From the NCBI RefSeq assembly GCF_018350175.1, contig NC_058380.1:45694001-45758000 (forward strand): 64,000 bases of DNA, read 5' to 3'. The notes under the pieces were generated by a model. The model was not told the origin of the DNA. It worked only from the letters and a program-made list of their open reading frames with translations, and made no database searches. Position numbers and translations under genes: made by a program. Below, in pieces: positions 50,651 to 61,574 of the stretch (position 1 is the stretch's first letter; each line of letters begins with the position of its first letter). This DNA comes from Felis catus. Lineage: Eukaryota.

Positions 50651-51131
50651 GTTTCAGATATTTCTCACCTGCTACCCAGGTAGAGCGACTGTGTGTCTTT
50701 TCCTTCATATACAGATGGATGCTTTAGAAATACTTCTAGGCCACAATTCCCAAACACGGGCTGGATTGTCTTCTTCCGGGGGCTCCAGGTGTTCCAGGCT
50801 GCGATCCAGGTTAGACAGGAGGGTAAGGAGGTAGGCGTCGCCCCTAGCAGCGCGGCTGTTGTCTGTGCTGAAGAGGCTGAGATCTGCTGGAGCATCTGAT
50901 GGTGGAAACAGGTGGTTTGTGCCTCCTGCACTTGGGCGATATAGCCTCTTTCCCAAGGAAGTCTGAATCAGGAGGTTCTGTCATTCAGGCATGTGTGAGA
51001 GGGGCTCCTTTTCAACTGTCTCAAAAGTAGGAGGATGTCCCTGTTTCTTGGGCTCTGGAGCCAAGGCAGGTCTCCAGCAAGGGAGCAGGCAGGGATGCTG
51101 CAGAGCAAGGCCAACCACAGATCTGGGCCAT
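50651..51131 (-). pseudogene. IFN-delta-like pseudogene
   Basis: ATG at 51131: MAQI/(frameshift)LALLCSIPACSLAGDLPWLQSPRNRDILLLLRQLKRSPSHTCLNDRTS*FRLPWERGYIAQVQEAQTTCFHHQMLQQI/SLFST...LLSNLDRSLEHLE/PCLGIVA*KYF*SIHLYMKEKTHSRSTW. MAQI, FPW, CFxxQMLQQI and the shortened CD region are delta-type features. Confidence 0.82.
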
Positions 51132-51139
51132 TGACGATT

Positions 51140-51640
51140 TCGGTCGTTCTCCAGGCGTCCGGCAGGTGGCGCGCGGCCGTCCTTTTCGGAAGTGGCTTTA
51201 GGGCAAAGAAGCTGTGACTTTGAAACAGAAAGGGGAGCGTCGGGGCAGCTTCTGGGCAGCTTCGGGCGACTCCAGGCTGAGCCCTTCCAAGAGCGCCAGG
51301 GCAAAGCGAGGGCTGAGGCGCTCTGGGCGCCAACTGTGTGCTGCTTTTATAGTCCCCGCAAAGCCCTGCTTCTCCCCGCCCTTAGCGCCTGGCGGGCACC
51401 TCCTCTGTGCTTCCTCCGCCAGGAACATCCTCCACGGGGAGGGAGGCGTGGACCTTGAGTTTTCTGGGCTCCCTGTGTCCCGAACTCTCCTTTTGCGCCG
51501 AGAGTGCAGCCGGGCCATTTTTTCCAACAATCGTTTCCTAAACGAACTGGAGGCTCCGAACCCACGTGAGCGCGTTGAATCGCCCTGTCAGCCTAGGGTG
51601 GCATGTGAGCCTGAGGCCGCGGCCGAGACCGGCTGGGACA
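51140..51640 (-). promoter_or_regulatory. CpG-rich promoter-like region upstream of IFN-delta-like pseudogene
   Basis: TATAAAA (minus) at 51345-51351; GGGCGGGG GC box at 51374-51381; CGGAAGTG ETS-like at 51187-51194; many CpGs. Confidence 0.55.
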
Positions 51641-51711
51641 GGATTGGGGGGTAAGAGGGAACGGAGGACAGGGCCCGAAGGCAGGAAGATGGGAGGGTGG
51701 GAGGAGGGGGC

Positions 51712-53293
51712 AATGGAGCGATGGGATGAACGGACAGTGGGACGTTAGCGCGATGGGACGACGGGGTGATCAGGCGTCGGAATCAAGGGACGACGGGACT
51801 GTGGGACGATGGGACGATGGGACGATGGGGCGATGGGCGATGGGACGATGGGACGATGGAGCGATGGAGCGGTGGGACGATGAGGCGATGGGGCGATGGG
51901 ACGATGGGACGTTGGGGCGATGGGGCGTTGGGAGGATGGGACGATGGGACGATGGGGCTATGGGGCGATGGAGCGATGGAGCGGTGGGATGATGGGACGA
52001 TGGGGCAATGGGCGATGGGCGATGGGGCTTTGGACGATGGGACGATGGAGCGATGGGGCGATGCGACGATGGGACAATGGGCGATGGGGCGGCGGTACGG
52101 TGGGGCGATGCGACGATGGGGCGATGGGGCGTTGGGACGATGGGCGATGGGACGATGGGACGGGGGGACGGTGGGGCGATGGGGCGATGGGACCATGAGA
52201 TTATGGGACGATGGGGCAATGGAACGCTCCTGGACCAAAGCGCTGATACAGTACTGGGAGCCAGTCGCGTGCCGCCAGCATCTGGATGCTGTCTGTGAGG
52301 AAGTCGGGCGCCCAGTAGCGTTCTGCTGACTTGTAGCAACAGTGGCCAGCGTCGGAATCAAGGGACGACGGGACTGTGGGACGATGGGACGATGGGACGA
52401 TGGGGCAATGGGGCGTTGGGACGATGGGACGATGGGCCGAAGGGACGATGGGCGATGGGGCGATGGGGCGATCGGAAGATGGGACGATGGGACGATGGGG
52501 CGATGTGACGATGGGACAATGGGCAATGGGGCGGTGGGGCGGTGGGACGATGGGATGATGGGACGATGGGACGATGGGCGATGGGGCGATGGGACTGTGG
52601 GGCGATGGGACGATGGGGCGATGGGGCGATGGGGCGGTGGGACGATGGGGCGATGGGGCGATGGGACGATGGGCGATGGGGCGGTGGGAAGATGGGACGA
52701 TGGGTGATGGGGCGATGGGACTGTGGGGCGATGGGACGATGGGGCGATGGGACGATGGGCGATGGGGCGGTGGGAAGATGGGACGATGGGTGATGGGGCG
52801 ATGGGACTGTGGGGCGATGGGACGATGGGGTGATGGGGCGATGGGACGATGGGGCGATGGGGCGATGGGACGCGCCTGGACCAAAGCACGGATACAGTTG
52901 TGGGACCCAGTGGCGCGCCGTCAGCACCGGATGCTCTCTGTGAGGAAGTTGGGCGCCCAGTAGTGTTCTGCTGACTTCTAGCAACATTGGGCAGCGTAGG
53001 AATCAAGGGACGATGGGACTGTGGTAGGATGGGACGATGGGGCGATGGGGCGATGGGAGGATGGGCGATGGGGCGATGGGACGATGGGACTATGGGACTA
53101 TGGGGAGATGGGACTATGGGGCGATGGGGCGATGGGGCGATGGGACGATGGGACGATGGGGCGATGGGACACTCCTGGACCAAAGCGCTGATACAGTCCT
53201 GGGAGCCAGTCGCGTGCCGCCAGCATCTGGATGCTCTCTGTGAGGAAGTCGGGCGCCCAGTAGCGTTCTGCTGACTTCTAGCAACATTGGCCA
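51712..53293. repeat. Compound G-rich tandem repeat: (GGGACGAT/GGGGCGAT)n arrays within three higher-order units
   Basis: Units start GCGTCGGAATCAAGGGA (or variant) at 51774, 52349 and 52994; each ends in a roughly 120-bp non-repetitive block starting CCTGGACCAAAGC at 52229, 52875 and 53174. Confidence 0.92.
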
Positions 53294-55479
53294 CCTGAAA
53301 GTCGGTGCGCAGGCGTGAACAGATTGCACTTTACAAAGGAGGAATGAGAATCTCGCACAGCACTGTCGTCAACTGGGTCACCATGACGTATTTCATAGTA
53401 AATATTACATTAAAATATTAGACATAAGATATTAAACATTCTCATATTAAGATATTCAACCGCTATTTTTGTTAACTTTTTGCAGTGGGATTGAATGCAC
53501 ACAATTGAATATAACTTTACTCTTCCACCATTGATGGAAACAAACTCAATAATATAGTGGAGATTACTTCTTCTTTTCAGTTGGTAGAACTGTACGTTTG
53601 ACAATTTCTTGTGTCTCCCTGACAAACTTCATGTCATTTTTATTTAACTCCTGGTTAATGAAACATCTCTCCCCGTATTCCAACTTGACTCTATGGTTAA
53701 AGAGGAAGGGTGGTGTTGTGCACAAGCATTCAGCACATTTAGCAGGTGAGATCTTTGTATTTTCTTTGGCAAGAAATTCCTAGACTGAATGGAATTTGCC
53801 AAAATTTCATATGCACTGTGGCTCCTTTGAAGACTCAGGAACTTGAACGTGCAAGGTCAATTCTCCTCTGTACTTAACATGTTGATATTTTGTACCTCAT
53901 GGATGTTTTGCGTTAGCTTACATTTTAAAGTATTGCATTAAGGTATTTATCTTGATTACTTAGATTTGGTGCCTCTTTAAATTTAGTACTTGAAGGAAGT
54001 ACTCACCTGCTTTACCCAAATACTGACCCAAGAAATAGCTTTTGAATTAGGGCTGTGAATTTCAATGGCTGAAAATCTAGGAATGTCCCATTTCTCATCA
54101 CTCTCTCCTTCATAATTTTTAAAACTGGTTTCCTCGTTTCTACAAATTTTGTCTTCTCCACTGTGCCTTCAAAACTATCACCGGAAGTGGTCTGAAGGTG
54201 AGTGAGCCTGAGGGAAGGAGCTCTGACCACTTTATACTATTCACAGAGCAGCCATTTCTGTCAGACAACTTTCAAGAGGCTGGTTCCCCGCAAAGACCTT
54301 CTTTGCGCTGTGAGATCTCTCTCCTTTATGTTCCAGGTACTGACCCCAGAGGGGAAACTTGGGCTCTGCTCCTTCACGGTCCTGCAGACACTGCCCTCTC
54401 CAGGAGTGTCCAGGGTGGGGGGAGGGGCCCCATGCACACCCCTGAGGGTGTTAAGGGAGCTTCACTGAAAGCTTGAGCTGGTTTGGCTGAGTGTGGACTC
54501 TACCCAGCATTGGATGTCCTACTAGCCCTGCAGGCAGCGACCATTTACTGCGGTCAGGTGGACTCTCATCTGTGATCAGCCTAAAATTTGCAAACTTTAT
54601 CTCATTTAGTCTTTACACTTTCCTGTGTGACCACTACTAATGTTGTCTCCACTTCTTTTTGAGGAGGAGATCAAAATCCGGTGTCATTATCCTCCGGAGC
54701 CACAGGTGTCTTCAAAAGTGGGGCTTTCTGCCGCCCTCCAGTCCGTCCTCTTCCTCAGCTCTTAGTACGTGCCCTTAGCTGCACTGACTGTGCTGGTGCC
54801 TCATTAATCTGAACCATGTCTTTAATGTCTGCCTTCCTTGTTCCCTGGAGGGCAGTCACCATCCCTGTCTTGTCTTCTGTGAGTCCACATGGCCACACAC
54901 TGCCTTCCACGTGTTGTGCAGGCGGTACCTTCTGGGGGACAGGATGCAGAGAACTCTGTGAGTTAACCCTTGAAGTTCACCTTTATGCCTCTATTATCTT
55001 CAGACTGTGTCAGAATATATGAGCCATGTCTCCTGTAAAGAGATAGGGGAGAATTCAAACTTAATGGAGAGCCCCTTACAAGGGAAATGCAGAGGGTTGG
55101 GGCAAGTTGTCTTCGAGTGCATTGGGAGAAGTGGAAGAATGGTACCTGGATCAAACCACTGAGCGTTCTTTTTAGAATTGAAAAACAGACATGGACGGAG
55201 AGTCGGGTTTTTACTTCAACCTGGGGTCTCATTTAGGTGAACGTATCCTATTGGACTGAGATTTCTAGGATTTCCATGAGTGTGTTTGATCTGCAGCGTC
55301 ACAATACAAAGGAAGTGTTGAGGTCGTGACGTGGTCTGAAGCCCCGACAAAAAGTGGAAAGAAGATCGGGATAAGAACCGAGGCGGCAGTCCCGGCCTAA
55401 TGAAGAACCTCGTGTGCAAGGTGCTCAGAGCAGCTGGGTAAAGTCTCCCCCGGGTGGACTTGCGCGTCATCACGCCCGC

Positions 55480-56024
55480 CTGGGGCCTGCCAGCCTCTTC
55501 ATGATGACACTGGAGACGATGCTCTCCAGCTCTGTCAGCACCCTCCGCGGCGACCTGGCCCAGAACCGTGGCCTGCCCACGCTGGAGACCGTCACAGTTC
55601 TGCAGTATGTGGGGAGGATCGTCCTTGCTGTCGTGCCTGGAGGACCGAGAACATTTTCAGGTTTCCCCAGAAGCAGGTGCGTGGCAGCCGGTTCCAAAGA
55701 GCGCAGGCCACCTCTGTCTTCAGGAGATGATGATCCAACTTCACGACGATCCAGCACGAACCGCTGAAAGTGCTCACTGGACTCGATGAGAACGTGGACG
55801 ACCCGGTGACCAGTTCGGTGCAGGAGACGGGGAAGGAAAAGACCCTCCCGAGCAACGAGGACGCCAGCCTGCCTGTGGGGAGCTAGTTGCAAAGAATCAG
55901 TCTTCTCTGGCAAGAAAGTACATAGCTGCCCTGCCCGGGACGTTGTCAGACTGGAAATTCAGAAGCGGAAATCAAGAAGTGCTTTCTCTGTATTAAGAAG
56001 CTCATCAGAAAAGCCGGGAAGTTG
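55480..56024 (+). pseudogene. Inverted type I IFN pseudogene, IFN-alpha-omega/mu-like
   Basis: Plus-strand stitched frames: FMMTLETMLSSSVSTLRGDLAQNRGLPTLETVTVLQYVGRI/SLLSCLEDREH/FRFPQKQVRGSRFQRAQATSV/LQEMM...LTGLDENVDDPVTSSVQETGKEKTLPSNEDASLPVGS*LQRISL...DVVRLEI/EIKKCFLCIKKLIRK. Upstream 55351-55440 resembles IFN promoter/5'UTR (AAAGTGGAAAG; AAGGTGCTCAGAG). Confidence 0.75.
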
Positions 56025-56062
56025 GAGAGGAGACTCGGACTCAACCTTCCACAACTGAGCTT

Positions 56063-56460
56063 GGGAGTAAAGATGGCAGACGGTGACCTTAGCTTGTCTA
56101 CTCCCTCAAACACAGCTAGATAGTTATTACATCATTCTGAACACCAAAGAAATCAACCGGAGGTCTGAATGACAAAAACTGCAAGATTCCATATAGAAAA
56201 GGGACCACCTTTTGGAAGGCAGGAGGGGAGGAGGCTTTACTGGGAGAGCTATTGCCCTGGGCCTGGCCGGTGGGGAGGGAGCTGGCTTAAGGAGGCTTTC
56301 GCCAAGTAGTATAAGCAAAATCCGACCTTGTAGCAGTCCACTACCTTGGGGGAAGAACATGGCTTACAGGTACTCAAGCGGTGAATAGGGGCAGAATCCC
56401 AGGAGTGACAGCATGGTCTCAGGATCCCTTGCTTCGCAGAAAACGGGGTCTCGCCAAGCA
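56063..56460 (+). mobile_element. Carnivore L1 5'UTR fragment
   Basis: GGGAGTAAAGATGGCAG...CAAACACAGCTAGATAG...ATCATTCTGAACACCAAAGAAATCAACC resembles the 5' end of carnivore L1, as does the 20004 element. Confidence 0.55.
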
Positions 56461-57097
56461 TCCACAATTGAGTCTCATCAACGCCTAAGTGGCTTCCACT
56501 TGTGAATAGTCACCCAATTCAAAGATGTGTTTTCTTTCTTCAGCTGTAAACTGTGTTCAGTCATTTTTGACAGTTTCATTTTTTCAATAATACGGGGACT
56601 CTACTTTGGAATGGATAGACACTACATTTTTACATGTTTAAGAATTATAATTTATGCATTTATGCACAGCAAGTGTTGTATTTACAAAATGTACTTGTCA
56701 TATTATTGTATGACCGGTTTTGTCTTCTGTGTTCATTTGCTTCAGGGATATGAAATCTAGCTTCAACGTTCCGTCTTACTCATAATGAGATCCAAGTGTG
56801 CTTAAGTGCTTAAGGTGTCTTTAAATCCAAAGGGAACATAAACAGTTTGACTCATTTCATGGACTCATAAAGAAATATTTTGAAGTATCTCAGTAATTCA
56901 CTTGTGTTGGTGAATGTGTTGGGAAATAAAACAAAAATATTATTTTCTTTAGTGAAACACTGTGGCGGAGAAGGCTAACCATAAGGAGTAAGTAATTACG
57001 TAGGAATCCTTTCTACAATGATGAAGGAGGTGCAGTGGACACTCTGACAGATTATAGCAGCTGGAGCTGGTCCACTGGACTTAAAAGTTTCTTGGAG

Positions 57098-57315
57098 TGG
57101 GGCGCCTGGGTGGCGCAGTCGGTTAAGCGTCCGACTTCAGCCAGGTCACGATCTCGCGGTCCGGGAGTTCGAGCCCCGCGTCGGGCTCTGGGCTGATGGC
57201 TCAGAGCCTGGAGCCTGTTTCCGATTCTGTGTCTCCCTCTCTCTCTGCCCCTCCCCCGTTCATGCTCTGTCTCTCTCTGTCCCCAAAATAAATAAACGTT
57301 GAAAAAAAAATTTTT
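57098..57315 (+). mobile_element. CAN-SINE (young felid type)
   Basis: TSD AAGTTTCTTGGAG at 57085-57097 and 57316-57328; empty site at about 28127-28139. Confidence 0.92.
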
Positions 57316-58584
57316 AAGTTTCTTGGAGAAATTATGTCTAATGATTGTTGATTCCATTTCAGCGATTGCATGAACTAGACACCAAAGTGAAAGATATTAC
57401 AGAATCTTGGAATTTCACTTTCAACAACTAAGTAGTGAATACATCTTCTATCCGTAGGCGCTGCGGTGGGTGCCCGATACAACGAAATAGTAGACACACC
57501 GCCTGCTGTCACAGAGCTTCCAGTCTGGTGGTTCTGGGTCATTGAGCTTTCAAGTAATGTCATTCTGTGGCCAGGACAGGGAAAGGACAGGACGCTGGGA
57601 GCACAAAGGAGCATGAAAGGGGCACAAACTCTACAAGCAGCATCTGCCAAGCTGGCATCCAAGGATCTGTAGGAGTTCGCCAAATAAATGCATGATGGTC
57701 AATTCTGAACATGATCAGTGGAGATATTGTAGGAGCGCAGATAGAAATAAGAGTCTGGAGATGATGACTAATGCTGGTGATACGATTCTGGGCAAAGACA
57801 CGCACCTGGAAGTCATATCTCAGAGATGACACTCGGAACTATTTGGGAGGTTGAGTCTGTATGTGCAGAGAGGAAGGAGTGTGGTACCCAGCATGGAATT
57901 TTGAGGAACACCCAGATGCCCCAAGATGAGAGAAAATAGTCAACAAAGGAAAGAGCGGAGCAGGAGCAGAAAGGCAGAAGACAGTAGAGACACAGAAGCC
58001 ACATGGAGGTCAGACTTGAAAGTGGAGGCGTGGCCAAAGGGCTCCGATGTTTGGAAATGGCAGCCAGGGCCGACTGACAGCAATCTCTGACCTCAGTAAG
58101 ATGCGGTTTAGTGTCAACCTGGGCCGAGCAGTTTCAGGAGAACAGGGAGGCTGAAGCCACGTTACAGTGAGGGCAGGACGACCTGACCGCGAAGTGGGAA
58201 CAGACGCCGCAGAGAACTTCAAATAGTCTGGGTATGAACAGAATGACAGAAGCAAGATAATACCTACAGGTGGTTGTAGGGCTGGGATGAAGAAGATGAA
58301 AATGAGGCACGGCTGATGCTCACTTTTTTTACGTGGGAAGGAAAATACTGTCAGGAGAGAGGAGAGGTCACTGATAAAGTATAAGCATCTTACTAGAGCC
58401 TTCTCTGCTGTGCGTCAAGGAAATCTGTCCAAAGCTAAGCCTTCTGGAACTGTCCCTCTGTTTGGGGTCACAGAGGTTTTGCACCCAGGGGAAGGGCACC
58501 ATGGTGAGGCTTGGGATGAGGGAGAGCGAGGCTCTCTCATCAAGCGGGGGAAGGTGGAAAAGTGAGTAGGGCCTTTATCAGTAA

Positions 58585-58671
58585 CCCGACTCTGGGCTCA
58601 AACTCATGAACTGTGAGATCACGACCCAAGTGAAAGTTGGGCACCCAACTGACTGAATCACCCAGGCACCC
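58585..58671 (-). mobile_element. CAN-SINE head fragment
   Basis: Paralog of 29395-29482. Confidence 0.7.
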
Positions 58672-59076
58672 TGGACTTAGGTTTTAAGAATAAAGAGACT
58701 CAACAAGTTGTCTTTGATAAGAATTTATTAAGACAAAATGCATAGTTAATAAAATGAAAAGGTGAATACGTTTTATAAATTTTAACACAATGTAAAGACA
58801 AAAACCTTTATAGGGAAATATAAATATAAATTAGTCACAAGAATGAATAAATAAATAAATAATAAACAATAAATAACATCAGGGCAATCATCTCTTAAGG
58901 ACTGATGATCCTGAAGCCGGATTTTTTTTTTAAACATATTCTTGCTTAATACTACTCATAAAATATTTGTGGAATTAAAGCCAATAAATTCTGTAATGAA
59001 GGCTGCAGTGAGAGTCTCTTGAGGTGAGCAGACATAGTGCAGGGGTGATGTGGCACGTCAGGCAGTGAGAATCACT

Positions 59077-59667
59077 TCAAGGTGACCCCAGGTCTCCATC
59101 CTTGATGGCCAAGCTGTCTTGCAAGGTCGCCGAGGAGGACAAGGCTCTCATGATTTCCAGCCTGACAATTTCCCAGGCGCAGTCACTGTATCCCTCGTCC
59201 TCCAGGTAGACGCGGATGTCCTGGAAGTACCTCTTGATGGCCAGGGCAGGGCCGTGCATCCCCGGGGCGCGCTCTCCCTCGCCCGTGGCCTGCAGCAAGC
59301 AGGCGTCCAGGGCTTCCAGCTGCCGGTGGAGGCCAGAGCGGAGTCCGTGCAGCGGCGCGGGGCTCCAGGCCGCCGAGGAGCGCTCTGTGTGCAACAGGTT
59401 GAAGGTCTGCTGGAGCAGCTCCCGCAGGACAGCGGCGGCGGCCTGGGCCTCCCGGAGCTGGCCGCCCTCCAGCATCTCCCGGGGGAAGCGGAAGTCTTTT
59501 CTGGCCCGCAGGCACAAGAAAGGGGACAGTCTCCGCATCTGGCCCAGGAGCACCAAGTTGTCCCTGCTAACCTGCGCGTGGCTCCCAGGCAGGGCACAGC
59601 CCAGAGAGCCTCCAGGGCGACAGGTGAGCAGCGCCAGGGCGGTCAGCAGAGGGCGCAGGAGAGCCAT
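59077..59667 (-). CDS. IFNW: Interferon omega (felid type), 196 aa
   Basis: Intact ORF, one residue different from each of the other two omega copies. Confidence 0.95.
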   Translation of the reverse strand: MALLRPLLTALALLTCRPGGSLGCALPGSHAQVSRDNLVLLGQMRRLSPFLCLRARKDFRFPREMLEGGQLREAQAAAAVLRELLQQTFNLLHTERSSAAWSPAPLHGLRSGLHRQLEALDACLLQATGEGERAPGMHGPALAIKRYFQDIRVYLEDEGYSDCAWEIVRLEIMRALSSSATLQDSLAIKDGDLGSP

Positions 59668-59760
59668 GGGGAAGCCGAGGGGGCTGTGGCCGGGCTGAAC
59701 TGGGCGGCTGGCTGGGGGACCTCAGGGCCGAGGTTCTCTGAGGACCAACTCGAAGCATGG

Positions 59761-59845
59761 CTCTTAAATAGGGAACGCGGACAATTTCATTTTCTGAACA
59801 TCCTCTGCACTTTTACTTCCCTCTTTTGTTTTCATTTATGCATTC
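59761..59845 (-). promoter_or_regulatory. IFNW promoter (TATA + IRF-type elements)
   Basis: TATTTAA at 59764-59770 and GAAAATGAAA; distal half differs from the other two omega promoters. Confidence 0.72.
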
Positions 59846-60842
59846 TCCATGTTGTCTAAGAAGATGTCATCATTCTAAGTGAATAATTGTACAACGGAAG
59901 TTTATTTTCCCAGGAGACTTCCCATGTGTCCATCCCAATGGATTCTTATCAAATGAGAATCATCTTTGCCCTAAAGACTGAAGTGAGTAGGTATGTAAAC
60001 ACACAGAGACACACTCACTCACTTTTATTGTTTTAACTGTCTAGGAACAAAATTTTAGCTCCTTTTTATCTTCCTTACTCTCTACACAGGAAGGCTAGCT
60101 CCTTCAGTCCTTAGGGTTTCTATATTTGTTTAGGGATTCACCAGACCATCTTTGGCAATTAAGCTCCTTAGAACCAAGGACTACGTTTTATTTCCCATTT
60201 GGATCACAGCAGAGGTTGATGGTTATTAATGAATGAGCTTCTCGGATGTTTCTCTTCCTTCTGGAACCTCAGTCAGGGTTGAGGCTATGCTTCACTGGGA
60301 CCACAAAGTCAGGACTAACATATATATTTTCCTCCACAGTTTGTTTGTTTGTTTGTTTGTTTGTTTGTTTGTTTTACCAGGGGCCTATAGTTCTGAGGCT
60401 GTCCCAGTACCCCCAGCAGGAAGCCTGGTTCTTTTAAGGTGCTTGTGCTATGATGATTGTAATTCCAAGATGATCTTATTTTCCCAGCAACGCTTTACGG
60501 ACAAGGTAGTTATCACTTCTAGCAACAGTTTTCCTCTGGAGGGACTGAGTGACCTCAACCCAACCTGTCCTGGACTCACTCCCTGAGGGCAGGCTCACCT
60601 TGTCCCAAGGACATTAGAATTCCCCTGCTGTGGGGGCGCTGGTTTCTCTGTTAGCAAAAACAGTTAATGCCCCTAGATCCTTGTCCTTGTCCCTGGAGCA
60701 TTTTTGTGAGGGACCCAATTCTCAGGGGCGACCCCTTCCTTTCCTGACCAGGTATCAAAAGGGTCAACAGCCCTCTCAGAGGCTGAAGGCAAAAGTTTGT
60801 TTTGTCTAGGTAAGTAGGGGAGTGACCCAGTTGTAATCATTT

Positions 60843-61574
60843 TGTAACCCAACTAAGGTGAGTCCGCTCCTTGGTGAGTTCCAGCTAGATTACATCAGGT
60901 GGGGGTGTCACACACAGGAAACTGTATTTGCATCAAGTAAGGAGAAACACTTCCAAAGCCGTGACTCCCCAGCAGAGGTGAGCGGGTGCTTTCATTTTAG
61001 GTTTATGATGAATGTTTAGGGGAGCTTTGTCATCACGTGTAAAGGGGGGGGTGACTTAGAAAACCTACCTATGCAGGCATCCCGTGTTACATTAATGAAG
61101 CTCGTGCTCCTCCTGGGAAGGTGGGATGGGCACTTTAACATTATAATGAAGCAGAGGTGAAGGTCAGACTAGGGAAGGGACTACAGGCAAGCTCAGAGAA
61201 CCAGTATAAACTGGATGGGGTCTTGGACTCCTTATGGCGGACGAGAAAAACAGGGTCTTGCTTACTTTTGAGACCGCGCTAGGAGTTGTATCCCGGATTT
61301 AGGTCTTCTGATACGGTTATTTCCTTATTCCCACGCCGGGTAGAGACTATTTCGCACTTCCTTTGTTCCCTTAAAGTGGGTTAACTACTGAGGTTTTCCC
61401 ATTCCTTTGCCATTCTGACACCTCCCTGGAAGGGTGCTTGGGGAAGCAGAACCAGTGGGGCCGAGTTCACGGAAAATCGGAAAAATCGCTGGGGCCTGAA
61501 ACGATTTCTCTTGTGTCCTGAAAGCTGTATCTTGTCTTTCTTTATCTGGGGCTCCCTTACTCTTTCTGCCAACA
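60843..61574. mobile_element. Solo LTR (ERV1-like)
   Basis: TG...CA termini; 4-bp TSD ATTT at 60839-60842 and 61575-61578; the empty site TGTAATCATTTCACCTT is intact in paralogs at about 8797 and 31650. Confidence 0.8.

Noticed and set aside
51774-53293. CRISPR-like or prokaryotic repeat-spacer system
   Set aside because: Mammalian DNA; the intervening blocks are copies of each other rather than unique spacers, and there are no cas genes.
51783-53294. 503-aa Pro/Ser/His/Arg-rich ORF and overlapping Gly/Trp/Asp-rich ORFs
   Set aside because: Starts at GTG and is a by-product of a stop-poor 8-bp repeat that is open in several frames on both strands; no sign of a real gene.
55480-56024. Assignment of the inverted pseudogene to IFN-nu or to a processed pseudogene of an unrelated gene
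   Set aside because: Signal peptide, GDLAQN and promoter remnants are alpha/omega-like and do not fit the IFN-nu sequence as I recall it; no poly(A)/TSD signature of a retrocopy. Needs a phylogeny to be final.
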